Origin: Lingula anatina
Lineage: Eukaryota > Animalia > Brachiopoda
Direction: 5' to 3'
Length of the DNA stretch: 64,000 bases
Assembly (NCBI GenBank): GCA_051362555.1
Contig: CM120642.1
Span: 17,484,001 to 17,548,000, forward strand
Position numbers and translations under genes: made by a program
The notes under the pieces: generated by a model
Told to the model about the DNA's origin: nothing
Database searches by the model: none
Seen by the model: the letters and a program-made list of their open reading frames with translations, nothing else
In this document: positions 52,201 through 64,000 of the stretch, piece by piece
How positions within the stretch are numbered: position 1 is the first letter of the stretch
Layout: each line of letters begins with the position of its first letter

Positions 52201-53563
52201 GAAAGAAACTACTGGCAATTATATAACGAGCCACTAATGAATTCTAATAAACAACAGCAGATATTAACTTCACTTAGCTTCGGCCTTCAACCAAAGACTG
52301 ATATCAAAATTCAACCAAATCTGTTTACTCAGCCGACCCACTACGTTTACTACTTAACCAAGAAATATAACAATCCCTGTGTAATTATGGGTGAAGTGCA
52401 GAATATTCTACCTGAACACTACAGAAAACTAACAATTACTGTAATGTTAAGCTGCGTATCCTAAAATATTTAGTCTGAATAAGAAAACCTCTCTAATTAG
52501 ACTTAATCACAGTCTCTACTTACATCTAACTGCTAAATCTAGCGAAATATTGATTATAGAAAAATACGGGTAACAAATATTTACAAGAATATATACAGTA
52601 GATCTACAATAGATTGTTTTACACAGTCTGTTACTCACAGTTCATTCCCGCGGGATTCAAATTATACAGTCCCGACAGCTAAAACAGCGTCCTTATATGC
52701 ACGTTTCAGTAGTCGCAGGGTTACACCACATGAGACAGCTTGCGGAACCCGGTCACGCCTTCAAAGCTCCAGTTACTAGCAGTTCGCCAGCGGGGTCAAT
52801 ACACGTTGCGTAATACGTGGACGTGGTGGGCGTTGTCCCTTTACAGCCTCGTAGACATCGGAACTGGACTCCACTTGCCGTAACAATCACACACTCTGCT
52901 TACACTTCTGTCGTATGCCGACTCGAATGCCTCGTCAGAGCTTTGTTGACATCGTTCACGTCCATGCAGATAGCCAGGTTCTCATTCTCTCATTGACAAT
53001 GATCTGATTGGCATCATCAGTGATGTGGGCAGTCTTCCACTTTCCCAATCTAGTCACACGATTGAGTTTACTCGGGTCCCTGTTCGGGCGCCAAAAATGT
53101 AACAGCTCTCAATATACTTTATTTACGAACCCGAGTGTACTCTGTGTGTGAACATGGCAGAAACAAGAAACGAATGTCTTTTAATAATTTACAAATAAAT
53201 AAAATGAACTTAATGCAGAACTGAACAAACTTAGAAAAAATTAAATGAATAACATTAATGAACTAAAGATACTTACTAAATTTCTAAACTAAATAAGGAT
53301 GAAAATAAATGATAAGCACTTAAATGATCAAACTAAACTAAGAGAAATACAAAATCTAAACACAAAGAAAATGAAAAGTAAACCAATCAAGTCTATCATA
53401 CCTGTGTGTGAACATGGCAGAAACAAGAAACGAATGTGCCGCGTAACAAAGAGGGGCGTATTTTATATAGAAACGAAGACACACGGACACAAACGAAAAG
53501 GCACGAACACACTTCTCTACACTAACACAACCACAATCATACATCATACATACACATATTACA
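49293..53563 (-). mobile_element. Internally deleted Ty3/Gypsy LTR retrotransposon
   Basis: 466-bp TG..CA LTRs 49293-49758 and 53098-53563, TSD TTTA, PBS TGGCGCCCGAACAGGGAC (53093-53076, tRNA-Lys), PPT at 49759-49770. RNase H followed by integrase is the Gypsy order. Confidence 0.95.
49891..51724 (-). pseudogene. Gypsy pol remnant: RNase H C-half, HHCC zinc finger and rve integrase, with two in-frame stops
   Basis: VIAYASR..EFLALKWAV..TDNNPL, CHDEIGHLG..FY*PGM..CPRC, MDY..HTDQGRNF..YHPMGNGQCER. Stops at 51511-51513 and 50971-50973. No gag, protease or RT. Confidence 0.92.
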
Positions 53564-56500
53564 TTTATAAAGAAGAAATATTAATATAATATGTACTACA
53601 ACTGACATGTTGGATTTGCCAAGCTAAGAGCCGATTACTCCTGCAAAGCAAAATTGGCCCGGAGGACGTACTGCGCAGCAAAGGCCAAGTTTAAACAGGC
53701 TACATCACCAGGTATTTGCTTGTGGTACAGGAAAATAAGATAAATTACCATGCCCGTTGATACACATGCCTTTTAGATGAAAGTGGCTAGGATCGATTGA
53801 GAATTGGACGGATGATGCCCGGCAGCTTCCAATTATTTATGTGGCCAATGTTAAACTTTGCCAAGTAAGGAAATAATTCTTAATTTATAATTTAGTGTAT
53901 ATCACGTCTCTGTTAATATATTACTGATGTATGACAGGTTTTGATGTTTTATTCACAAACTAAAAAGGCCATCATTATCACTTTTAGTTTGGAGTTCAAT
54001 CTCTCAAAAAGCCAGTACTAGTGCTATGTTTAGTACATGTGTATCCGGCACATCAAATTTGTTATTGTAAGTGAACATAAATTATTCATTTGTTTTTCAG
54101 TGGGGATGCCATATAAAACATGCCTTGGCCCTAGCATAATATAGGACGTACCTGGTAAAGGGTACTGGATAACTTCACATGCAAACTCTGGGCTAAAGAT
54201 GGATCACATTGCTTGGCAAATGTAAACCAGTCTAGATTGACTTATATCCTCTAGCTGCAGGGATGGATTTTGAAGATCAAATGCCTTAGTGTACAAGTGT
54301 AAAAACTTAACAAATCTTGTTTATATATCAGGGACATATTGCTATACATTTTGAATAGGAGTGATGGACTTTCACAGTTATATTTAATCACCTTTATGGC
54401 CTTTGCAGAGATTCATTTGCAACCTTTTTGTCACTTTATGGGAGTGGCACGACTGTTTTGCATTCAGTGAATGAGATCAATGTTGAAAGTAGGTCCATGT
54501 ACATTCTACAAGAATTGGACATTTGTAAATAAAATAATCCAGTGCTTTCAAGGGTTTAATTGCTTCATTTTTAGGTATATAATTACTAAATGTAAATTAC
54601 TGGTATTAACTCCAGTGTAGTTTGAAATTTCCTATTTCTTTTTTTCTTCAATCAGTGTTGGCTATAAACTTCCCTTTTCACTATTTTCCTGAGGTTTGTA
54701 GAATAAGAACTTTATACAGTTGTCCACTCTTTTTCTTTATAAATTGTCAATTTACATTACTGCCTTTGGGATTTTAAATAGCTGGTTGTCTAAAAATGCC
54801 AGTGGATGCGAAATAAACATATTAAAGATCTTGTTCATTTTTCATAGTTCTCCATTGACTGGTAATTTAATGAGACCTGTTTTAACAACAAACTGCAACT
54901 TATTTTCCTTTATAAATGTTTTACTATTAAACTTTATTTATAAAGAAGTAAAATAAAAATCATTTGACATTTCATTTACTGATGGGTAGCATATCAGAAT
55001 ATTAGACTTACCTGCATCTTGGTTTTCATTTCACTTAATTTATGGCAACTATTTCAAAAGCTCGAACTTGATCATAAAGTGAATTTTTTCGTTTATTTAC
55101 TGATGAAAATGATGCAATAGAAACTAGTGGATAGCATTCACAGTAAAATTCTTTCATTTATTTACTTATGAAAATGATGCTATAGAAACTAATGGATAGC
55201 ATTTCCAAATGCAAGTTTCATTGTCATCAGATCTGACTTGAATGACATAAAAGATGACAAAAGAAAGTATTAAAATTGACAACATTAAAGTTGAAATTTA
55301 AAAAAAAACATTGCATTTTATTGACAGTTATACACAAATACAACAAATAAACACAAAATTACAGTCGAACTGATATTTATGACATGACAAACAGGTGTCA
55401 TATAGTTATTTAAAAAGTCACTACTGTAGTATAAGAATGATACTAGCAAGAAAAATTTCATTAAATTATTAGTGCACTACAATACATATATATCTTCACA
55501 AAACCAAATATTTCATTTAAAAGTAATAAAGAAAATGCCTGATACTGTAAGTGACACCCAGACAAAAATGCTATCTGTTGATTCCTGATGTAATTAAGTC
55601 AATAACATCATAACTAAAGGGCATTAGAGTTAAATATACACTGAGCTATCTTCAACACCTGATTATCCTGACCACATGACTATCACAGTTCTTGCCTGGT
55701 TTTTTGTCTTGTTCTGAAATACATAAAAATGACTCACTTTTCTGAAATGTATACCAGTATGTGATAAACGTTGTTCTTAAAATACCAACTCTCATTTTGT
55801 ACCTCATCACTGACCACCCGGCATGAAATGTTACAAATGCAACTAATCATTGTGTATATACTGAATAGGTGTGGAAGGTTAACCAGTATTTCATGATCAG
55901 GTACACATCACAGAGACAGGAATGGCATAAGAAAATTGGTCTGATATAGTTACCGTAAAAGACTATTAATCACAAGTACTATAGTGCTGTATTACATTAA
56001 TAAACCATGGTGTCCTGTAAACTACACACAAAACTTACTTTTTAATATGCCCTCCGACCGTTGATGATACGGTCTATACGGTGATGCCATGAAGCCAGTG
56101 ACCTGACGGGTGTGAGTTGTCTACAGTTGGTCCCTTTCTTCCAACAAAAAATACTACGACGCGATCTATACTTTAACTGCAATGCACCCTACGACACAAC
56201 ATAAGCAATTCGCCATTGCGTTGCTCTATCTCAAATTACACGACAACGCCAAATTTTACTCAATGCAGTCCTATAACATAGACTCGTGCCCGACCGCGAT
56301 AGAAGTTGCAATGGCAGATTTTAACCCCACCTCTCGTGAAATCTCGCTCTTATCCACGTCTCGTTTGACGTCATCTGCTGCGCAGATGTTCAAAATAGGC
56401 TATCTCGCATAGCCCCTATCATACCAAGTTGGGTTTCTGAGGTCAGTGAAAATAAATAATTATAAAACCCATCCCAGATCTATTTTCAGTACTTATAACC

Positions 56501-57096
56501 GGGCTCATGTGATTGTTATCTTTGTTATTGTTCTAACTTGTATATACAGTACGTTTTTACTGTAAATTCCTGTGATCAAAAACCCTTTATTTTTCTTACT
56601 TATTTTTTTTTAATTTTTATACTTTAATTACTTACATCATGAATAATAAGGGGAAGAGAAATGTTAAATTCAACATGTTTTTCCCTTGATAGATAAAATG
56701 TAATAAATGAATAAAAACACCCCCTAGCCATTTCTCCGTCTCCACTCGAATTTGCTGGTGAGCTTCCAGTAACCCCCTTAACACAAGATGTAAGTATGCT
56801 TTACCAGGTAAACAACCTTTAATCAGGCTTAACGCGTGCCTCAAGAGCTGGGAGATAACTGATAGTGCGATGACTCAGACTGGGCCTGTGGTTATAAATG
56901 TGTATATGTTGAAATTGACACATGTCATTAAAGATAACGCTAAACATTATAACACATTTATTGCGTTTATTGAATCATAAAACGCCTGATAAAATGCCTT
57001 ATCGGTCCCGATTGTTCGTCCATATAAATGACATCCCTTTGATATCAAAGCCAAACTGTCCAGCTAGGGCTAACGTGGACCTTACAAACATTAAAC

Positions 57097-59437
57097 ATGT
57101 CAGCGTTTGTGATATTTGTGGCATTACTTCTTTTGGCGTCTACTGGAGCTACGGTGCAAAAGCTAGATGTATTAAACACTGAATTTGGGTTGGCTATTTA
57201 CAAGCAGTTGACCGCCGATCCAGAGGTTAAAGACATTTTTTTCTCGCCTATTAGCATCTCCACCGCTTTGGCCATGCTACAACTGGGCACTAACGGCACT
57301 ACTGAAGATCAGATAAACCGTGCGATGAAATTCGACACACTCAGCCAAAACGAGAACGTTGCTGCTCTTTTCCGCGACCTGAACGCTAAACTTTATAATG
57401 CAAGCAACAACTACACGTTGAAATCCGCCAACAGGTTCTTTGGGAGCAAACGCTTTCCATTTCGACAAACATTCCTTAGCGACATGCGAGACTATTTTCA
57501 TGCAGAACCCGAGTCTGTGGATTTCACCGCAAATCCCGAAGGGTCTCGCGTGCATATTAATGACTGGGTAGGAAATCAGACAGATGATAAGATCAAAGAA
57601 CTTATGGCAAAGGGAACAGTTACCAAAAGCACTGTCTTTGTTTTGGCCAATGCCATCTACTTCAAAGGACAGTGGAATATGTCATTTAACTCCACCATGA
57701 CATCTACCTTACCTTTCAGAAGCAAAGGACAGGAGGTAGGTCTGTCTACGTTTTGGTTATTCATGCTAGTTTTCTTTATTTTAATGCTCACACGCCTAAA
57801 AAGAAAAAAAAAATCAGTCATTTTGCATACATATAATCCCGTTTTACTTTTTACTTGAATATCTTTATTTTCTAGTAAGACAGAGCCCTACTGTAGAACA
57901 TTGTTTACACGACCGTCTCCTCTCCGGTATTAGTTCTAATTAATCTTCAGAAAAGTGATCACCTGAATATCATATTAATCATATTTCATAATATAGTTTC
58001 TAAATTAATTTCTGAATGCTTCTCGGAAGTACCACAACAAGTTTCAATACGGTGCGTTATTCTGATTTTAGGCAAAAGTTTCGATGATGAAAATGTTAGG
58101 CCAGACACACCGTTATGGTATAAGCACAAAATGGAACTGCCAAATACTAGAACTACCGTATACCGGAAATGTCAGCATGTTGGTCTTTCTCCCCAATGAA
58201 CCTGATGGCCTTCCTCAGCTTGAGAGTGCAATCAACAGTATTGAGCTTAACTCCCTGGTCAAAAATCTGACCAAAAGGCCCGTGGACGTCTATTTGCCCC
58301 GATTTGAACTCAAGGACGTTTCCATTAAGCTTGCGGACCATCTGAAGAAACTTGGAATGACGGATATGTTTGTGGACGGGGAAGCAGACCTGAGTGGTAT
58401 AGGCGGTGCTCCGGGACAATTGTTCATATCTACAGCTGTTCATCAAGCATATGTTAAAGTGGACGAAGAAGGTAAGTGAAGAAATTTACAGTGTCACTTA
58501 TCATTAAAGGGATAATAACTCTTCGTTTCGGCCAAAAAATGAATTTTCCTGGAGTAAACAACAATTTTCCCATACTTACCATTGGTTTATGAATCCATTT
58601 TTACATTCAAAAATAGTCCCTGGTTTTTTTCTAAAAAGTTTGGTTTTTTGTTAAAATCTCTTAAGAGATTTTAACAGAGTATAGCCATCAATGGAGGTCG
58701 CGTGGTCTAAAGACAAGCTCAGACATCAGAATAATAGCTATAACTGTCGTTTTTGCAGCAAAACAGAATATATTATATTTCTATGAGTTATTCACAATGT
58801 TTTTATAGTGAAATATAGATCTCATACAAAGAGTTATTATCCCTTTAAACATCTTTCTTTGAAAATATATCATTACTTCATTTTCGACTATTCAAATCGT
58901 TAGTGTCCAATGACTGGATATAAAACTTGAAAGTAAAATAGTGCACGGTACTACATTGTACTACTTGGCATCATATCATGTAAAAACATAATATCGTATA
59001 ATATCATGCCGAGGTTTATTGATAAAATGTCTGTCAATTCCAAGTTCATGTATTGAATGAAATTGATGATATTTCTTTATAACAAAAAACAAATAAAACC
59101 TACGGCCACAGGGTATTTTCAATTGCAGCACACATTTTATATATGGAATGGACTACCTTCACACATTCAGACTATTGATAGTGTTGAAGTTTTTAAAAAA
59201 GACTTGAAAACACTCTTATTTGCACAGTACTTTAACTAAAACGTGATACTTGAAATTATATATTTTCTCATATTATCAGAAAATGTTTTATTGTTTAGAC
59301 CATTATTATTATAACCAGCATTGATCATTTTAATTGTTTTATTCACCTCAGCTTTTATTATTTATATGATTACTTGTAATTCTGATAATTTTATTTGTAA
59401 ACAACACTGAGACGGTAGTGTAGTGCGGTTTTTAAGA

Positions 59438-59526
<89 letters not shown>

Positions 59527-60237
59527 TTGCAATATACCTATACCTAAACATAAAATTGCATATTCGTTGCAATGCACAGCGTGCACTGATGTGACTGTGC
59601 ATAGACAAAGATATAGAATACATCAGCGGATTATTGTGTACTGAATTCATTATCATTCTTTGTATTTGAACACCCTGGGCGGCTGTAACAGGTTATCATC
59701 AATGAATGATGCAATTGTTTGGGGAAAATTGTGTTATCTTCATATAAACTAAAGGGTGTTGATACTGTAATCAAAATAGCTTGATATTTAAACGCCACTT
59801 GATTAATGATTAACACGGTGTTTGTTATTTTATGCCTCTGTTTATTGTAACAGTAATATTTTATTTCAGCTGGAATTTTTATTATTAAATTTACCTTTTA
59901 ATTCAGAATTCATTTCTCTGAAAAATATTTATATACTGGTTAAGTGTGCAGTATTTGACAATTTAATCACACGTATGTTACAGGGACTGAAGCCGGTGCA
60001 GCGACAGGTACGGGAGGGGCCGCAACCGTCAAACCCCCTGTCTTCAGAGCGGATCATCCGTTCATGTTCATGATACGGGACAATATCACTGAAACTATAC
60101 TCTTTCTGGGGAGACTCCATGAACCACCCGGAAGGAGCTTGCAACTCGGCCTGAGCGACTCCTCTGCGAGCCAGTCAATGGCAGACTGGTTTTTACTGAC
60201 TTTGTATTTTTTCTTTGCGATGTACTTGGGCGTTTAA
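57097..60237 (+). CDS. Serpin 2 (3 exons, 430 aa), paralog of serpin 1 with the same GPI-signal-like tail
   Basis: Exons 57097-57735, 58072-58471, 59984-60237. Same motifs as serpin 1, and exon 3 appears identical to serpin 1 exon 3. Confidence 0.93.
58508..58844. mobile_element. TTAA-target MITE (Kolobok-type AGGG termini) in serpin 2 intron 2
   Basis: TTAA|AGGGATAATAACTCTT ... AAGAGTTATTATCCCT|TTAA. A single TTAA is present at the empty site in serpin 1 (about 27932). Confidence 0.85.
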
Positions 60238-61549
60238 TGTTCTTTCATCTGTGGATGTCCATTAATTGAACTGGTTGGTAAAAAATGATGCATTTGTTTC
60301 TCTGTTATAAAGCTTATATTATAAATAGCATATTTACATTGTGTTTTAGTTTTTAGTGTTATTATACCCAGATATGTTTTGACGTTATGTTTAAATTCAC
60401 GTCTACACTAGGATTAAAAAAGTCTACAAAATATCAATGTAGCTCTTGATCATCAAAGCACTTTGGTGTTTGTTTATATTAGATCATTTAAACTAAAAAA
60501 AATTAAATAAGTTTCTGTTTTAATCTGGTTAGCCTTGATAAAGACTCCCACGTGTGTTTCCCGTGGCGGACAACATACAAGAATATCTGACTTTTAGTTG
60601 CTGTTTAAAGACTGTTTACAAAGTGCTCGAATGCATTACATACAATGTAGCTGAGGGAATTCTACTAAGAATTATAGTTCTCCGTCTTGGCTGAATATTG
60701 GTTAGGAAGAAGCTATATTTTACCAAAATGAAAGCCGCAAGAAAGTCTTTGTCCAAGTGATAAATGTACGTAAATTTGATTGTTAAGAAAAAAAAAAAAA
60801 AAAAAAAAAAAAAAGAAAATCCTCCACCCAAGTGACTCGCTTATTATAGTGGATTTGGATTAATGTACTGCTCGAATTGTTTTCATTATCCCCCCCCCTC
60901 CTCTCCTGAACAGAAGTCTGGATATGCCACTGTTTGCAGGGTGCAGGGTCATTGTGAGACATTTGTTCTCAAAGAAAAGTTTCCGGCAGTTTTACATAGG
61001 GTCAGGGCTGTTAACTATAGATTTCAAGCTAGGTTCATTAATCCTGCCAACAATAGAATTAAAGCCGATTAAAACATCCATTATAGCCTTACATAAAATT
61101 GGAAGTTTTCTCAGCAAATATACTATCGTGTCTTCTTTAGCCAACGGCTGAAAAAGTGCATTTTAGAATTAACGTTTTTGCATCCAAAAAGGAAAGGTAT
61201 TGCAGATGGAATACAGCAGTATCAAAGGCTCATTCCACCTTACTTTCTAAATTTATGTCTGTTTAAATAAAAAAAACTACCAAACAGGTGTGATCGGACA
61301 GTCACTATCGCAGTTGGGGTTTTTACATTTAACTTTAAGTGATACGACTTATACGTAGGGTGATAGAAAGTGAAGTATACAGTTAAGTTCCATAGGAATA
61401 TCACATAATCGTTATTGCACTAGGACTGACGCACCATTTTATCGTAAATACCTACTCTGTCACTGAAAACAGGCAAACAACCTGATTAAACAGTTCCCTA
61501 TTTTGCCGTTGGTGTGGCAGTAAGACCAACATTCACTGCAGTCTTGTAA

Positions 61550-63761
61550 GGCAGTTTTTTTTAATAACCTGTTTCTCAAGCTCCGCCGACATCAAAATGG
61601 CCAAAATAGAAAAAAAATAAAATTGAAATCAAAAATATTTTTATTTTTTCCCCGACTTCCGACTGATCGTACTGTTCGATCGTAAACACGAAACTTAACA
61701 AGTTTCACTGGACTCCCGCGTCACATGACTGCCTACAAGTTCAAAACGAAGGGTATTTAAGCCAAAGTAAACGATTGGTTCATTTCCCCCAGCTTCCGGT
61801 TTTTAAGCCAATCAATGCTTCGCTGATATTTTACACTGCATTTGTCAAATTAATGCAACATGGCGGGAGACGCATACTGGAGTAGCTTTATCTACTTAAG
61901 CAGGAAATTGACCACTGTTGTGTGGCTCAGTGTTATAGTGAAGGAAGGACCAAAGATTTTATGCAAAAAGGTCTGTCCGGCCAGTGTTACAGACGTTTTA
62001 GGCCATTTTATTGACTGCTTTCTGTCAGAAATGAAAATATCAACTGCAACACTTGTCACGTGTGGAAGGTTTTAACAGGGAGCAAAAATAGGTTCTGAAC
62101 TGAATGTAAGAATGCCGGTCACTACGGTGGTAGATATTGACATTAAGTGCATTCAGATAACAGTTGGCAGTGAACATCAAAAGATGCAGGCTCAACTAAA
62201 CTCTCCAAGAACATCCAAATACAGAGCGCATTGGATTTTTAATGCAGCACTCGCGTAGGCCTACTTCTGAAAGTCTCCAGAAATGATGTGAGTATTTTTT
62301 TTTTTCGTTTTATCAGTCTAGAGTGTCATAGTTTTTTAAGGTGAATGTATTTTAGGCATTGATATGTTGGTAAATAAATTTCCTTTTTTGCACTTTCACA
62401 AAAGCGTATGTTAAATGCTAATTGCTCGCTCACAGCAACAGATGTTTCTATAGGCTACTGAAGCAACGTGTCTTTGACATTTTTTTTTATTAAATTAAGG
62501 CAGGTAATAGCTGTAAATTATCATGTGCTTTGGATAATGAGCCTGTCAACATGAATTCATAGTTCAATTAAGTTTTCCACCAAGTTTTTAAGGCGTATAT
62601 AGATATTAAGTTTAACCATGCCTGTATCCAGCAATTTCAAAAGAAGGTTCTTTTTCTGAAAAAGTGATTCATTTAATTACCATAAAACCTTCATGCACCT
62701 AGATCAGTTTTGATCCAGAGCAGACCTTTTCCTGATAAAAAGGGTGGATCATTCAATAATATTGAATAAGTTAAGTTGTTGCTGCCATTTAGATTTAATA
62801 AAAATTAAGACCACAGTTCCATAACAGGCCATATTACCCTTGCTGGTTTTTGTATTTTCAACAATCTGGCTAAGCAATTGTTTGCTGTCTTTTGAATTAT
62901 GCAATTCCTATGCAGCTAAGAGAAGGCACACATCCAACTCAGTTAACTTATCTGAAATATTTTTTTTAGTGAATCCCCAAGTAATGCAAGGCAGGCAATG
63001 TATAATTCCACCTCGCAAGTAGTGGAAGACTTCAATCTTTGTCTTCGGGCTGGACAGGCCAAAAATCTTGGAAAAAGCATAGCAGAGACACTGACAGAGG
63101 AGCTATGGTATAGAAGCCCATATGCAGAGTGAGACTGGCTAGTTTAGTGCAGCTGCCATAGTGACCATTTAAGGAAGGCCATTTAATAAGATGATTCTCA
63201 AACTTATTGAAAGATTCAAAGGTCTGAAATATAGCCTGATTGGATTCTTTTTATGGAAGTTATGCTGTTTTTATGAAATGGTCATTTTTCATATACATGT
63301 ATTGGTATTTTCAGTGTGGGACTTGGAACTCACATGGGCATGAAGCCATATTGTTTCTGGATGACCATGTTACTTGAAGTAGATAATTTAAATTTGATGA
63401 ATTTCCACTTAATCATTAAATCATACATAATATTGCATCAAGATTAACAAAAAACTGTTTTGTGCACTGCCATCGTGAATGCATAGAAAGGCAAACTGTG
63501 TTTTTTGTTTTGTAATTTACAAGAATGATTCGTTGAATTGACATTCATTTAGACAAATAAAACATTGAAAAGGAATTGCTGTTTTTATCCAAAAATTGCT
63601 ATACCGTGTTAAAACCAGTATTTACCATTGTTTAATGTAGTTTTGAAAATGAGTAACCAAAAATTGATTATTTTGAAAAATATTTTTTATTTTTTTCCCC
63701 CCTCCGACCTCTGACAAAAATAAAAATCGTTCGAGAAACAGGTAATTTAAAAAAAACTGCC
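61550..63761. mobile_element. Duplicated copy of the TAA-TSD Harbinger-like element
   Basis: Same TIRs, TSD and flanks as 30611-32822 (offset 30939), so it was copied by the segmental duplication. Confidence 0.75.
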
Positions 63762-64000
63762 TAACACAAAGTACTTGGTTTTGCTGGGGATGCTTTTCGG
63801 TCCCGCACTCCTTTATCAAAATAGTTTCGCGACTTTTCTCTGGTCCGCCCGGCGCCCTCTGGTTATAAACATCTCAGATGGAGATCACTACACTAACTGT
63901 ATATGTCTCTGTCGCTTTTGGTGACAAATGTCCTTCTTGTCATTCCTTCTTCAGTATATAGCCGACACTTTCCGTATGCATCCTGTCAATCTTTTACCTG

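Larger units (their letters stand above)
49116..56417. mobile_element. Decayed TIR DNA transposon with 2-bp AT TSD (ISL2EU/PHIS-like), hosting the Gypsy element
   Basis: AT|AGGGGCT ... AGCCCCT|AT. The flanks rejoin the uninterrupted paralogous sequence near 25770-25800. Family assignment rests only on the TSD and termini. Confidence 0.65.
35760..64000. repeat. Second unit of a tandem segmental duplication (first unit about 13110-33060)
   Basis: Colinear order of rod gene, intergenic MITE, serpin and Harbinger-like element in both units. Confidence 0.9.

Noticed and set aside
53076-53093. 18-mer identical to the lentiviral tRNA-Lys3 primer-binding site, suggesting vector contamination or a tRNA gene
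   Set aside because: It is the complement of the conserved tRNA-Lys 3' end in the expected PBS position of a native Gypsy element, and there is no cloverleaf.

Overview
AT-rich, intron-containing animal DNA. It is probably from a mollusc or other lophotrochozoan, inferred from the VWC domain style and the transposon repertoire. The window holds a cluster of secreted multi-EGF 'rod' genes whose exons I reconstructed by eye from splice sites and reading frames. Gene A (+, 5' end outside the window) encodes about 25 EGF, a 4-Cys mini-EGF and a VWC domain. Gene B (-, 11388-5252) encodes signal peptide, 5 sushi/CCP, 7 EGF and VWC. Gene C (-, 24054-12527) encodes signal peptide, an atypical C-type lectin domain (CTLD), an EGF interrupted by a furin-site loop, CCP, 38 EGF in one 4.36-kb exon, mini-EGF and VWC. 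Gene D (-, 47627-36155, possibly to 34374) is a paralog of C with 25 EGF that has lost its VWC exons and abuts a 5-EGF exon from a remnant gene E. C and D each sit head-to-head with a 3-exon serpin (+, 26539-29290 and 57097-60237) carrying a signal peptide and a C-terminal GPI-signal-like tail. The rod gene plus serpin unit is a tandem duplication with an offset of about 23-31 kb. Transposons include a decayed Tc1 (DD34E), a deleted Gypsy with matching LTRs nested in a TIR element with an AT target-site duplication (TSD), Harbinger-type elements/MITEs, a TTAA MITE and LINE tails. The most notable signals are the furin-cleavable, disulfide-tethered EGF loop, the predicted GPI-anchored serpin, and accordion-like single-exon EGF arrays with different glycosylation motifs.
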